From a plasmid: a stretch of 64,000 nt of DNA. Location of the stretch: the sequence record NZ_CP064874.1, one strand, 5' to 3'. Below are positions 19,879 to 30,190 of this stretch, one piece after another. A program made the position numbers and the translations under genes. Within the stretch, counting starts at the first letter, position 1; each line of letters opens with the position of its first letter. The notes under the pieces were generated by a model. That model worked only from the letters and a program-made list of their open reading frames with translations, was not told the DNA's origin and did no database searches.

Positions 19879-20874
19879 AGGTGAACGCAGCGTTCATCGC
19901 CTCCGCTATCCGCGAAAGGCAATTTCATGACCTCCCTGCGTCCGCTCGAGCTCCCGAACAGTGCCATGCCCGCAAGGAAGTCGGCCAAGGGTGACTCGAC
20001 CGAAGACGCCCACCTCGAGCGCCGCGATGGCGCCTACGATGACCGTCCGTGCGAGCCAGAGCCACGTGATCTGTCGATCCCGGCGGTCAAGCGCTCGAAC
20101 GTTCCGCACGTCGATGTTCCGCTGGCGGGGGCGCCGGGGCAGCAGACACCGGTAACCAACGACGCGAAGAAGCCTGCCACGACGATGACGCCCGCAGCGC
20201 GGAACCAGAGGGCGGGGGCGACGCGCGAAACTGATCCTGCTCATGGCCCGATCAGACCGATGGCCACTCAGACGTGAAAGGGGAGACATCGCGCCCGGGC
20301 CGAACCGTCGCACGCTGACGTCCCCTCACCGCGCAGTGCCCGCAAGGGGATGGTAGATGGGCGAGCAGTTCTGGGACTCTGGTCGACGATTCTTCAGCTC
20401 GCCTGTGGAAGTCCCTGGGACAACGCCTGTCGGATTCTCCAAACAGGAAAACCGCTGAGCTGCGCAATCAAGTCCACATCGAACTCGTGCTCGAAGTAGG
20501 CCACCCGCACCGCCCGGATGCGCGACGGATTGTCACCGAAAGCCAGTGTGAACTCGGTGGCGTAGCGCTCCCAGACGCTGAACTCATACCCCGGTGCCGT
20601 CACGATGCATTCACCTCATCCCGGGTGCAACTCTCAGGAGTGGTCGCGGTGCTAATGCGATGCTACGACACCCGTGTTAACGCCAGGACACAAGGAGATT
20701 CCGGGAAAGCTCGCTACGCACGGTGTGCACCGATACGGGGATGGCCCGCCCGGGGTGCATGGTTCACACCGGGGTGACCAAGGGAATTGGGGGCTCTTCG
20801 GACATGCGGTGGGGGTGAGGCTCGCCGGGTGATGGTCGGCGGGTAGGGGTCGAGGTCCCCGAGGATCAGTAGCG

Positions 20875-22255
20875 CCAACTGCTGATCCATCACGAGGACC
20901 TCGACGTGCTTCACCCTACTTCGGGGTGCGCTGACGCGCGCTCTGCCGCTGATCCGTGTTACCGCTGCGATCTGCTGGTCGGTCTCGACGGCGTCCATGT
21001 CGAGCACGTTGACCGCCGCGACGGGCTGCTGATCGTCACCGTTTCGACACCGGCGGCGCCGACCGGGTGCCCGTTGTGCGGGGTCGTGGCGATCGGTCGA
21101 GGGCGCCGCCGTCGAGTGTTGCATGACGTGCCGGGCGTGACGCGGGTGCGGATCGTCTGGCGGCAACGGGTCTGGCGATGCGGCGACGTGGGCTGTGCCA
21201 AGAAGACGTTCGTGGAGCAGCTTCCCTCGCTGGTCGCTCGGCGCGGGTCGCTCACAAGGCGAGCCGTCGACTGGGCGATCGGGCAGCTGCGCCGCGAGCA
21301 CGCCACGATCGAAGGACTACGTCGTCAGCTCGGGACATCGTGGAAGACGGTGTGGCGGGCTGTTGAGCCTGAACTGGTGCGGTTGGCAGCCGACGAGTCC
21401 CGGTTCGAGAACGTGACCACGCTCGGCGTCGACGAGCACATCTGGCATCACGTCGACCACCGCAAGCGGGGCTCGAAGGAACTGACCGGCATGGTCGACC
21501 TCAGCCGCGACAGCACCGGGAAGACGCGGGCCAGGCTGCTCGACCTCGTGCCGGGCAGATCGGGGAAGGCATACGCGTCCTGGCTCAGCGAGCGGGGCGA
21601 AGCGTTCCGAAAGAACGTGAAGGTGGCGGCGCTGGACCCGTTCGCGGGCTACAAGACTGCGATCGATGACACGCTCGAAGACGCGGTCGCTGTGCTGGAC
21701 GCGTTCCATGTCGTCAAGCTCGGCACCGCCGCCGTCGACGAGGTCCGCCGCCGCGTCCAGCAAGACACCCTCGGGCATCGCGGTCGGAAGGGCGACCCGC
21801 TCTACGGGATTCAGACCATCCTCCGTGCCGGGGCCGAGAACCTCACCGACAAGCAGCGGATCCGGCTGACCGCGGCAATCGAGGCCGATCCTGCGCACGA
21901 CGAGGTGTTCGTCGCGTGGCAGTGCGCACAGCAGCTGCGCTCTGCCTACCACGCGAAGGACCTGACCGAGGGGCGGCGGATCGCCGAGAGGGTGGTCGAC
22001 ACGTTCCACACCTGCCCGATCCCCGAGATCGCCCGCCTCGGCCGCACCCTCCGCCGCTGGCGTTCAGCGTTCCTGGCGTACTTCACCACGAGCCGCGCGA
22101 ACAACGGCGGCACCGAGGCGATCAACGGGATCATCGAGCTCCACCGCCGCCTCGCCCGCGGCTATCGCAACCGCGAGAACTACCGCCTCCGCATGCTCCT
22201 CACCGCCGGCGGACTCACCCCATGACCCCCCCACCGGATGTCCGAAGAGCCAGTT
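20875..22255 (+). mobile_element. ISL3 family IS, copy B (left end approximate)
   Basis: Right end ...GTCCGAAGAGCCAGTT at 22240-22255 matches copy A; the left IR is imperfect near 20871-20893. Confidence 0.65.
20906..22225 (+). CDS. ISL3 family transposase (full length, 439 aa)
   Basis: Full-length paralogue of the 1..1098 ORF, with an N-terminal zinc-ribbon plus HTH and the ISL3 DDE region. Confidence 0.9.
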   Translation: MLHPTSGCADARSAADPCYRCDLLVGLDGVHVEHVDRRDGLLIVTVSTPAAPTGCPLCGVVAIGRGRRRRVLHDVPGVTRVRIVWRQRVWRCGDVGCAKKTFVEQLPSLVARRGSLTRRAVDWAIGQLRREHATIEGLRRQLGTSWKTVWRAVEPELVRLAADESRFENVTTLGVDEHIWHHVDHRKRGSKELTGMVDLSRDSTGKTRARLLDLVPGRSGKAYASWLSERGEAFRKNVKVAALDPFAGYKTAIDDTLEDAVAVLDAFHVVKLGTAAVDEVRRRVQQDTLGHRGRKGDPLYGIQTILRAGAENLTDKQRIRLTAAIEADPAHDEVFVAWQCAQQLRSAYHAKDLTEGRRIAERVVDTFHTCPIPEIARLGRTLRRWRSAFLAYFTTSRANNGGTEAINGIIELHRRLARGYRNRENYRLRMLLTAGGLTP

Positions 22256-22320
22256 AAGTGATATTGAGCCGGGAATGCCCATAAACGGCGTTCCCGGTTC
22301 ATGGACGTTCGGAAGTAGTA

Positions 22321-23193
22321 ATGGTGAGCAACGGAACCCTGGAAACGCAGTATCAGGATCGTGGGACTCTGACGGCGCGAATACGAGCACTTCGCCCATC
22401 CATGTCGCAAACGCAAGCGGCCGTGGCCAACGTTGTGTTGACGAACCCTGCCGGTGTATTGCACATGACGGTGAGTGAACTCGCGAGGGTGTCGCGCAGC
22501 TCCGTGGGGAGCGTGGTCCGGTTCTGCCAAGATCTGGGCCTCAAGGGGTATCAAGAATTCAAATTGCAGTTGGCCTCTGAAATTCCAGTTGGCGAAGAAT
22601 CCGGTGTCAGCCATACGGAAACGTCCGGGTCAATCGTGTCTGAAGTATTTCAATCGACGGCACGCGCTATTTCGGAAGGCGAAGCAAGTATTGATCCGAA
22701 CGAATTTCAACGTGCGGTGTCCGTGCTTGATAAGGCAGATCGGATTCTTCTGGTGGCTAGTGGCCAGTCCTCGCCAATTGCCCTTGATACTGCCCTCCGT
22801 TTCCGCAGCGTGGGGCTCGAGGTGAATCATCCGGGAGATCCGGTATCGCAACATATCGCATCCTCGATGCTGGGCCCGGGCGACGCTTGCCTGGCAATCA
22901 GCCACACCGGCCGCACCAAAGCAACGGTCGCGGCCGCGGAATCGGCGCGAGAGTCAGGGGCGGCGGTCGTTTCGGTGACCAGCTTCTATCGCTCCCCGCT
23001 GGTGGCCGCATCCACCGTGGCACTCGTTGCCGGATCAGGTGAGACGCGGTTTCAAATCGAGGCCATGATGAGCCGGTTTGTGCATCTCGCGGTGCTGGAT
23101 GCACTCTATTCTGCGATCACCGCCGAAAACCCCGAGCGCACCCTCAAGGGAGCGGCGCGGGCTGCGCAGGCTGAGGAAATGTTCCGCGACTGA
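22321..23193 (+). CDS. MurR/RpiR family transcriptional regulator
   Basis: N-terminal HTH_6 (LHMTVSELARVSRSSVGSVVRFCQDLGLKGY) plus a C-terminal SIS domain. Confidence 0.8.
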   Translation: MVSNGTLETQYQDRGTLTARIRALRPSMSQTQAAVANVVLTNPAGVLHMTVSELARVSRSSVGSVVRFCQDLGLKGYQEFKLQLASEIPVGEESGVSHTETSGSIVSEVFQSTARAISEGEASIDPNEFQRAVSVLDKADRILLVASGQSSPIALDTALRFRSVGLEVNHPGDPVSQHIASSMLGPGDACLAISHTGRTKATVAAAESARESGAAVVSVTSFYRSPLVAASTVALVAGSGETRFQIEAMMSRFVHLAVLDALYSAITAENPERTLKGAARAAQAEEMFRD

Positions 23194-23268
23194 TCATTTG
23201 ATAGTTCAACAACACGGCCCGGGCCCTCCTGGAGGAGAGAGGACCCGGGCCGTAGCTTTTGGTTCGAA

Positions 23269-24150
23269 TTATGCCCAGGCCGTCGGCTTGTCCAGCGCGT
23301 TCAGTTCAATCTCGGCGAGGACTCCGTAGTGGTCGCTTGCCGTCGGATACTCGTTGAACACAACCTTGCTCGAGTTGATGACACTCTCGACCGTGAGGTG
23401 GTTTACCGTCGAGCCGGCGAGTACATAATCGATGCGGCGGTGGTGGGGTTCCTGCACCACGTAGTTCGGAACAATTCCCTGACCGTCGGTCACGCTTCGG
23501 GCGACCCACGGGCTATCGGTGGTCCAGGTGTAGCCGGGGCCACCGTCTCCGGCAATTGCCCAGGTGTCGCGGAAGGCGGCGCTGCGGCCGTTGATGGCTG
23601 ATTTGCCGGTGTAGAACCGCATGCAGTCCTGGTCGGGAGCGGCGTCAAAGTCGCCCGCAATAATCGTGGGGGCCTCTTGACGGCGCTTTTCTTCAAGTTC
23701 AGTGACGAACAGCGCCTGCTCCACACGAGCGGCCTCGTCGGTGAAATTGAAGCTCGGGCGCGGGCCGAGGAAGAGCATGTCCACGCCGATGGGCAGTGAC
23801 AGCACGGCTTCCCATACATAGGGTCCGTCGGCTGCGGGAAGCTTGTGGGTGGTAATGCTCTTGGGTTCCCAGCGCGTACCAACGGCGGTTCCCCAGGCGG
23901 GCCACTCGAAGTCAGCGAAGTCGGATGCGTGGCGAGCGAAGTCGGATGCGTGGTGCCAGTGGAGGCTCGAGTTTTCCTTTACGAGCTGGAAGGCATCGCG
24001 CTCCGGGGTGCGGACGACTTCCTGCAGGAAGACAATGTCGGCGTCGTGCTCTTCGAGGCCTTTAAGTAGGAGCGCGTCGCGCTTTTGCTGATCGCGGGGG
24101 GCGAGCCAAATGTTCAGTGTCAGTACCCGTAGGTTCATTTTTTTGTTCAT
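23269..24150 (-). CDS. endonuclease/exonuclease/phosphatase (EEP) family protein
   Basis: VLTLNIW...DIVFLQEV...IAGDFD...SDHYGVLAEI motifs; contains a 21-bp in-frame tandem repeat (HHASDFARHASDFA). Flanked by an unusually AT-rich tract at 24150-24250. Confidence 0.75.
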   Translation of the reverse strand: MNKKMNLRVLTLNIWLAPRDQQKRDALLLKGLEEHDADIVFLQEVVRTPERDAFQLVKENSSLHWHHASDFARHASDFADFEWPAWGTAVGTRWEPKSITTHKLPAADGPYVWEAVLSLPIGVDMLFLGPRPSFNFTDEAARVEQALFVTELEEKRRQEAPTIIAGDFDAAPDQDCMRFYTGKSAINGRSAAFRDTWAIAGDGGPGYTWTTDSPWVARSVTDGQGIVPNYVVQEPHHRRIDYVLAGSTVNHLTVESVINSSKVVFNEYPTASDHYGVLAEIELNALDKPTAWA

Positions 24151-24395
24151 GCGGGAAAGCTATGCCGCCAAAGTGAACAAGGTTCCAAAAAAGAGTTAAC
24201 TTGCGGAACTAATTTTTCCCGTCGAGTCGTCAGCGCTTGGGGAAGGCGTCGAAATCAATGTCGAGTTCGACCTGGTCGGCGCGGAAGCGGGTGTTTGAAT
24301 ACTGCAGTGGCCGGCCCCCTGTGCGTCAGGATGGGGTGAGACACCAGCACTGCTGACCTTCGCACTGCACGGGGCGAGAACGGACCAATACTGAG

Positions 24396-24800
24396 ATGAC
24401 GATGACGGTTGCTGACGTCGGCACCGATGATGGGGCTATGGCTCCTCGTGCTGACCGGCCCAAGAGGCGGACGTTCACCGCCGAGTTCAAAGCGGCGATC
24501 CTGGCCGAGTACGACGCCGCGGACCGCTCTGGGCGTGGGGAGATCCTGCGCCGGGAGGGCCTGTACACCTCCCACATCATCGAGTGGCGCAAGGCCGCGG
24601 CCGCCGGCTCGCTGTCCGGGCTGGGCAGCAAGCCGCGGGACCGGCGCGAGCGGGAGCTGCAGGCGCTACGGGCCCGGGCGGAGAAGGCCGAGGCCGAGCT
24701 GGCCAAGACCAGGGCGGCGCTGGACCTGATGGGAAAAGCACACGCGCTCTTGGAGACGCTCTCCGAGAGCGCGGACAAGCCGCCGCGGTCGCCGCGGTGA
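24396..24800 (+). CDS. IS3 family transposase OrfA (HTH)
   Basis: RRTFTAEFKAAILAEY...leucine-zipper region. Confidence 0.8.
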   Translation: MTMTVADVGTDDGAMAPRADRPKRRTFTAEFKAAILAEYDAADRSGRGEILRREGLYTSHIIEWRKAAAAGSLSGLGSKPRDRRERELQALRARAEKAEAELAKTRAALDLMGKAHALLETLSESADKPPRSPR

Positions 24801-25798
24801 TCAACCCGGCCGTCGACGGGCTGGCCGAGCACGTCGGCACCGCGGCTGCGTGCGCGCTGCTGGGTCGCTCCCGCGCCAGTCACTACCGGGCCAAGAACCC
24901 GCCACCGCCACGTCCACGGACACCGCGGCCGGCACCGGCGAACAAGCTGTCCGCCGCCGAGCGGGCCCACGTGCTGGCCGTGTTGACCAGCCAGCGGTTC
25001 GCGGACAAGTCGGTCGCCCAGGTCTGGGCCACGCTGCTGGACGAGGGCACCTACCTGTGCTCGATGTCCACGATGCACCGGATCCTGCGCGAGCACGACA
25101 TGGCCGGGGAACGGCGCCGGCAGGCGAGCCACCCGCCCCGGACCCGGCCCGAGCTCGTCGCGACGGCGCCGGGGCAGGTGTGGAGTTGGGACATCACAAA
25201 GCTCAAGGGGCCGGAGCGGGGCGTGTACTACGACCTGTACGTCGTGCTCGACATCTTCTCCAGGTTCGTCGTGGGCTGGACCATCGCGGCCCGCGAGGAC
25301 GCCGAGATCGCCAAGAACCTGCTCGAGCACGCCATGGGCATCCATGGCGTGCCGGAGGCGATCCACGCCGACCGCGGGACCTCGATGACCTCCAAACCGG
25401 TCGCTCAGCTGCTCGTCGACCTCGGGGTGGCCAGGTCGCACTCCCGCCCGCACGTGTCGAACGACAACCCTTACAGCGAGGCGGCGTTCAAGACGCTGAA
25501 GTACGCCCCGGTCTTCCCCGAGCGCTTCGGGTCCCTGGCCGACGCCGGCGCGTTCGCCGAGCAGTTCTTCGCCTACTACAACCACGAGCACCGCCACTGC
25601 GGGATCGGGCTGCACACCCCCGCCAGCGTCCACTTCGGCACCGCCGGGCAGGTCCGCGCCCAGCGCCAGGCCACCCTGGACGCGGCCTACGCCGCCCGTC
25701 CCGAGCGCTTCGGCCACCGCCGACCCCAGGCGCCCAAGCTGCCCGAGGCCGCCTGGATCAACCAGCCCTCACAGGAGGCCCTCATACAGACCGCCTGA
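24740..25798 (+). CDS. IS3 family transposase OrfB (DDE integrase core), frameshift-fused to OrfA
   Basis: WSWDITKLKG...DLYVVLDIFSRFVVGW...HADRGTSMTS...YNHEHRHCGIG. Confidence 0.8.
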   Translation, partial: TRALGDALRERGQAAAVAAVINPAVDGLAEHVGTAAACALLGRSRASHYRAKNPPPPRPRTPRPAPANKLSAAERAHVLAVLTSQRFADKSVAQVWATLLDEGTYLCSMSTMHRILREHDMAGERRRQASHPPRTRPELVATAPGQVWSWDITKLKGPERGVYYDLYVVLDIFSRFVVGWTIAAREDAEIAKNLLEHAMGIHGVPEAIHADRGTSMTSKPVAQLLVDLGVARSHSRPHVSNDNPYSEAAFKTLKYAPVFPERFGSLADAGAFAEQFFAYYNHEHRHCGIGLHTPASVHFGTAGQVRAQRQATLDAAYAARPERFGHRRPQAPKLPEAAWINQPSQEALIQTA

Positions 25799-25889
25799 CG
25801 GAATCTGTCTCACCCGCCTTGACACTTTCCGCTTCGATTACAGCCCGATCACGGAGCGACCGACGATTTCGTGGCCGAATGGGGCCCGA

Positions 25890-26693
25890 GTGGCGTTCTA
25901 TGTCGGGCTGAACATCGAGCACTATCAGATCGACAAGCCCTCCACGAGCATCTTCGGCGGTACCGCGATGCTGCAGCCGGATCCACTCAATTACGGCTGG
26001 CGCGATTACGGTCCGCGGGTAGGCCTGTGGCGGATGATCGAGAGCCTCGACCGACATGGAGTGCCCGCAAGTGTGCTTCTCAACTCCGACGTTTGTCGGC
26101 ACTACCCCCAGATTCTCGAGGCAGGCCGGCAACGCGGCTGGGCGTGGCTCGCGCATGGCCGCGACAATTCCACCTTCCAAGCTGGAATGGGTGCTGACAC
26201 GGAGCGCGCCTACCTTCAAGACGTGACGGATACAATCGCCTCCGCCACCGGAGTACGGCCGCGGGGCTGGCTTGGCCCGGCGCTCACAGAGACGTTCGAG
26301 ACGCCGCGGATCCTTCGGGAGCTGGGGTATGACTACGTCCTGGACTGGACGAACGACGATCAGCCGTATCCGCTGAACGTCGACGGGATGTTCAGCGTTC
26401 CCTACACGATAGAACTCAACGATGTGACGATGTTCGTGAGTAAGAGCTATACCGGCCCGCAGTTCCTGGAAGCGGTGATCGACCAGTTCGATCAGCTCTA
26501 TTCAGACTCCGAGCACTCGGGTCGCGTCATGTCGCTGCCGTTGCACCCGTTCATCGTCGGCCAGCCGTTCCGCCACCGCTACCTTGATCGGGCCCTCGAG
26601 CACATCACGTCTCACGATGGTGTCTGGGTGACGACGAGCGATGCCATCGCGGCGCACTATCAGTCGACGGGGAACAGGAGAGCCGATTCGTGA
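25890..26693 (+). CDS. polysaccharide deacetylase family protein (PuuE-type allantoinase-like); 5' end abuts the IS3 terminus
   Basis: [18 protein letters not shown]...; in-frame homology (RFDYSPITERPTISWPNG) extends upstream to the IS3 end with no start codon. Confidence 0.65.
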   Translation: MAFYVGLNIEHYQIDKPSTSIFGGTAMLQPDPLNYGWRDYGPRVGLWRMIESLDRHGVPASVLLNSDVCRHYPQILEAGRQRGWAWLAHGRDNSTFQAGMGADTERAYLQDVTDTIASATGVRPRGWLGPALTETFETPRILRELGYDYVLDWTNDDQPYPLNVDGMFSVPYTIELNDVTMFVSKSYTGPQFLEAVIDQFDQLYSDSEHSGRVMSLPLHPFIVGQPFRHRYLDRALEHITSHDGVWVTTSDAIAAHYQSTGNRRADS

Positions 26694-27355
26694 CGAATAC
26701 GGAGCTGATCGATGAGTACGCACGGCTGCGCGACGAGTTCAAGGCCAAGGGATTGGGCGGCCGGATCGGCTACGGCGAGAAGCCGGCGCTGCTGATCGTC
26801 GACTTGATCACCGGATTCACGGACAGCCGTTCGCCCCTGTCAGGCGAACTGGAGTCACAGCTGGCCGCCACCAATGCCTTACTCGTCCCCGCCCGTGAAC
26901 TCGAGATCCCCATCTTCTTCTCGACGGTCGCGTACGACACCGAATTGCAGGAGGCGGGGCTCTGGATCAAGAAGATCCCGTCCAACCACCTGTTGGTGGA
27001 GGGCAGCGAATGGGTGGAGGTCGACAGCAGGCTGGGCCAGCTGCCCCACGAGATGACCCTGGTGAAGAAGTACGCATCCTGCTTCTTCGGAACTGATCTC
27101 GCCGCACGCTTGATCTCACGGGGTGTCGACACCATCATCATCGTCGGCTGCACCACCAGTGGGTGCGTGCGCGCCTCGGCGGTTGACGCCTGCTCCTACG
27201 GCTTCCACACCATCGTCGTCGAAGAGGCAGTCGGCGACCGGGCAGCCCTTCCGCACCTGGCCAGCCTCTTTGACATCGACGCGAAGTACGGCGATGTCGT
27301 CAGCCTCGACGACGCACGTGCTTACCTGCGGGGGCTTGCGCAACAGAACGATTGA
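26690..27355 (+). CDS. isochorismatase-family cysteine hydrolase
   Basis: [11 protein letters not shown]...[18 protein letters not shown] catalytic-Cys motif; GTGA overlap with the preceding gene. Confidence 0.8.
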   Translation: MTNTELIDEYARLRDEFKAKGLGGRIGYGEKPALLIVDLITGFTDSRSPLSGELESQLAATNALLVPARELEIPIFFSTVAYDTELQEAGLWIKKIPSNHLLVEGSEWVEVDSRLGQLPHEMTLVKKYASCFFGTDLAARLISRGVDTIIIVGCTTSGCVRASAVDACSYGFHTIVVEEAVGDRAALPHLASLFDIDAKYGDVVSLDDARAYLRGLAQQND

Positions 27356-27406
27356 CTGCAGTAACGCCGTGGGGCCAACTTCCTCTGTGCGGAATATTGA
27401 ACCGGC

Positions 27407-27799
27407 GTGCAGGCCGAGATCCCGCAGATGCTGGCGCAGGGCGGCGGATCCATCATCAACACCGCCTCGTCCCTCGGGCAGGTCGCCATCGCCCACCAGT
27501 CCGCCTACGTCACGTCGAAGCACGGCGTCATCGGCCTCACCCGAGCCGCCGCGGTGGAGTACTCCGACAAAGGCATCCGCGTGAACGCAGTGCTGCCCGG
27601 GGTGATCCAGACGCCAATGATAGACGCGCTGGAGGAGACCTACCCCGGCTTCAAGGACGCGCTGCTGACGAAGCACCCGATCGGCCGACTCGGCACGCCG
27701 CACGACATCGCCGAGATGGTCGCGTGGCTCGGTTCCGACGCGGCCGCCTTCGCGACCGGCGCGCAGTTCGCCGTCGACGGCGGGTACCTCGCGATTTAG
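27407..27799 (+). pseudogene. SDR oxidoreductase, C-terminal fragment only
   Basis: YVTSKHGVIGLTRAAAVEY...PGVIQTP catalytic YxxxK region present; N-terminal Rossmann TGxxxGIG missing. Confidence 0.6.
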
Positions 27800-27884
27800 A
27801 CGAGGTGGCCACGACGGACGGGAGGCACGGTGTCAGCTGACACCGTGCCTCACGTCCGTCACCGGTCGCGCCGCGACCCGCGTG

Positions 27885-28187
27885 TCAGCCGTTCTTCGCG
27901 GCCAGTCGGTCCGTCTCGCTGTCGTTCCGCCACCCGGCGGTCGCGCCGCCGTCGACGCTGTAGTTCTGTCCGGTCACCCAAGAGGACTCGTCGGAGGCCA
28001 GGTAGAGCGGCATGTACGCGATGTCCTCGCCCGTGCCGGGGCGTTGAATGAGCGCGTTGCCGACCTGCCAGGCCTTGCCCTCCGCATCCACCGCCTTGTC
28101 CGTCGCCGGGGTGCTGACGAAGCCAGGCGAGATCGAGTTCGCGCGGACGCCGTAGCGGGCGCCCTCCGCAGCGAGCGACTTCGTCAT
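27885..28187 (-). pseudogene. SDR oxidoreductase, C-terminal fragment only
   Basis: LAAEGARYGVRANSISPGFVSTP...GQNYSVDGG. Confidence 0.55.
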
Positions 28188-28248
28188 CGCGATGACGCCG
28201 CCCTTCGCGGTGGTGTGCGCGACCTGGCGAGCGGCTCGATCCCGCGAC

Positions 28249-28476
28249 CTTCGCGATCGACGGAAAGCAACTCGAGATCGATCTCGAGTTCGAGGCCTGG
28301 GCCAAGAGCGCGCGCCGCATCGGCGCAGCCACCCGGCGTCCGGCGAGGACGTCGCGGGGCGGACGGGCCGATCTCAACACGGTGCGTGAATGGGCCAGTC
28401 AGAACGGACACCAGGTCAGCGATCGCGGCAGGGTTCCCGCGTCCATCCTCGAGGCGTACGACGCGGCGCACTGACG
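28249..28476 (+). pseudogene. Lsr2 nucleoid-associated protein, C-terminal DNA-binding domain fragment
   Basis: Translation [18 protein letters not shown]...[12 protein letters not shown]...[30 protein letters not shown] matches the Lsr2 C-terminal AT-hook/DNA-binding domain; the N-terminal dimerisation domain is absent. Confidence 0.6.
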
Positions 28477-28479
28477 CGG

Positions 28480-29538
28480 TCACTCCTGGGCTGAGCCGCG
28501 CGCTGCGCGCCAGTGCTCCGTGACGGGATAACCGGAGCGCACGTGCGCGCGCACGTGGACCTCCCCCGAAGGGGATCCGCTGCCGCCCGGCTCCGGCGGC
28601 GGAGGGTTCTGTGTCCAGCCTGAGCCAGGGACCCAGACCGTCCCCGGTTGCACGGGCGCGTCGGCGAGCGCGGGATCGATCAGCTGACGCGCGAGAGCCA
28701 CGGCCTCACCCAGATCGGTGATCCCGCCGGCTGAGGGCGTGCCGGCCGCGAGCACCCGGTAGGGACCGTCCCAACCGTCCGGGACCGTGAACGTAGTGAA
28801 CGAGTCGAGCTTTGACAGTGCACGCTTCGCGTCGATGGCCATCTGCAGCTCGCGCAGGTCGACGCGCTGCGTGCGTGCAATGGTGACGATGTCCACCAGG
28901 TCTTTCGCGCGGCTGCTGGGGCGGCCGTTGTAGGTGCTCATCGTCGCAGTGACCTTCTCCGCGACCTGATCGGAGATCGGGAACAGCCGGTAGGGGTGCG
29001 ACGGGACCGGCCGCCCCAGCTGCAGCCGCGTCGACGGCTCGATCGTCTCGACGCGGCCGACCGGGGGAGGGCCGACGACCACGTCGATGGGGATGTCGGA
29101 GATCCTCCGGCCGGTGTTCGCGTCCAGACATGTGAACACCAGGCGCCGGGTCGCGACACCCGGCTGGTTCTCTCCTCGCCCGGTCGCACGGGCACGGGTG
29201 AGCTGGAACCGCACATGGTCGCCGAGATCACGCGCGGCTGCCTGCTCGAGCGCCTGCTGCGCGGCATCCAGATCGGCGGCGCCGGTCGAGGCCAGATCCA
29301 GGTCTTTCGTCGACCGTGACTTCGGCACCCGGGCGAGCATCGCCGTGCCGCCCTTGAGCAGCCACTCGGACTCTTCCCCCTCCGCAAAGACCCGGCTGAG
29401 GAAACGATCGTGCTGTGCCTGCACGATCTGCGCATTCACATCCAGCGCGCTCGCGCCGTCACCGGCTGCCTTCGTCGCGGCCGCCTTGATCGCCTGCGCA
29501 AGCCCCGTCCAGTCTTTGTAGCCGTCGGGCTCAGGCAT
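28480..29538 (-). CDS. nucleotidyltransferase AbiEii/AbiGii toxin family (type IV TA / abortive infection)
   Basis: DUF1814-like pattern ...LKGGTAMLAR...STKDLDL... Confidence 0.7.
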   Translation of the reverse strand: MPEPDGYKDWTGLAQAIKAAATKAAGDGASALDVNAQIVQAQHDRFLSRVFAEGEESEWLLKGGTAMLARVPKSRSTKDLDLASTGAADLDAAQQALEQAAARDLGDHVRFQLTRARATGRGENQPGVATRRLVFTCLDANTGRRISDIPIDVVVGPPPVGRVETIEPSTRLQLGRPVPSHPYRLFPISDQVAEKVTATMSTYNGRPSSRAKDLVDIVTIARTQRVDLRELQMAIDAKRALSKLDSFTTFTVPDGWDGPYRVLAAGTPSAGGITDLGEAVALARQLIDPALADAPVQPGTVWVPGSGWTQNPPPPEPGGSGSPSGEVHVRAHVRSGYPVTEHWRAARGSAQE

Positions 29539-30190
29539 CGGCCGGCACCACCGCGTCGACGCCCGCAAGAGCGAGCAGATCAGCCGCGAGCGCGGCACCC
29601 GAGGGGTACTTGTTGGGCTTGGCCAGCGGCTCCAGATACTCGGTCAGGCGGGCGGGGGAGAGCAGCTTTCCCGCGTCCGCGGCGTCGGCGAGCGCATCGG
29701 CGACGAGGGAGCGGTCGACCCACTGCTCGATCAGGTCGGCGATCGTGCGCTCGACGCTCATGGTCGGCATCCCGTCGACGGAGACCACCTCGGTGGGCGC
29801 GAGCTCGCGGGTGCGGAGCCGCACCCCGTCCAGGCGGGTACCGCGGCGGGTGGGAACGACGAACTCGAGTGGCCCGGGGAACCAGTCGCCGATGCCATGC
29901 AGCTGCGCGGCCGTCTGGCCTGCGGCGACGACGGGCGGGACGCCGGTGTCTGTGCGGGGACGGTCGGCGCCGCCGAGGGCGAGCCAGGTCGCGAGGATCG
30001 CCTCCTGCTCGTGCTCTGGCGCGCCGGCGAGGCGGTAGACGCCGCGCGCGACGCGGATGAGCGCGCCGCTGTTGGCGAGGCGCGTCAGGGTCGGGCGCGC
30101 CACGCCAGCCTCGAGCGCCTGGGCGGTGGTCACCAGGCCCCAACGCTGTGACGCGAGCTCGCCCAGACGAGCGAAAGTTGATCCTGCCAT
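29531..30190 (-). CDS. AbiEi antitoxin-like transcriptional regulator
   Basis: N-terminal wHTH (GLVTTAQALEAGVARPTLTRLANSGALIRVARGVY) plus a C-terminal AbiEi_3-like domain; overlaps the toxin gene. Confidence 0.7.
   Translation of the reverse strand: MAGSTFARLGELASQRWGLVTTAQALEAGVARPTLTRLANSGALIRVARGVYRLAGAPEHEQEAILATWLALGGADRPRTDTGVPPVVAAGQTAAQLHGIGDWFPGPLEFVVPTRRGTRLDGVRLRTRELAPTEVVSVDGMPTMSVERTIADLIEQWVDRSLVADALADAADAGKLLSPARLTEYLEPLAKPNKYPSGAALAADLLALAGVDAVVPADA

Larger units (their letters stand above)
24330..25820 (+). mobile_element. IS3 family IS
   Basis: orfA/orfB with a GGGAAAAG slippery site at ~24731; terminal repeats GGGTGAGACA (24336-24346, and as its reverse complement TGTCTCACCC at ~25806-25816). 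Confidence 0.75.

Noticed and set aside
19906-20870. Small ORFs between the RpiR pseudogene and ISL3 (19927..20277, 19906..20313, 20394..20603)
   Set aside because: No motifs, conflicting overlapping frames and no RBS support. They were left unannotated.
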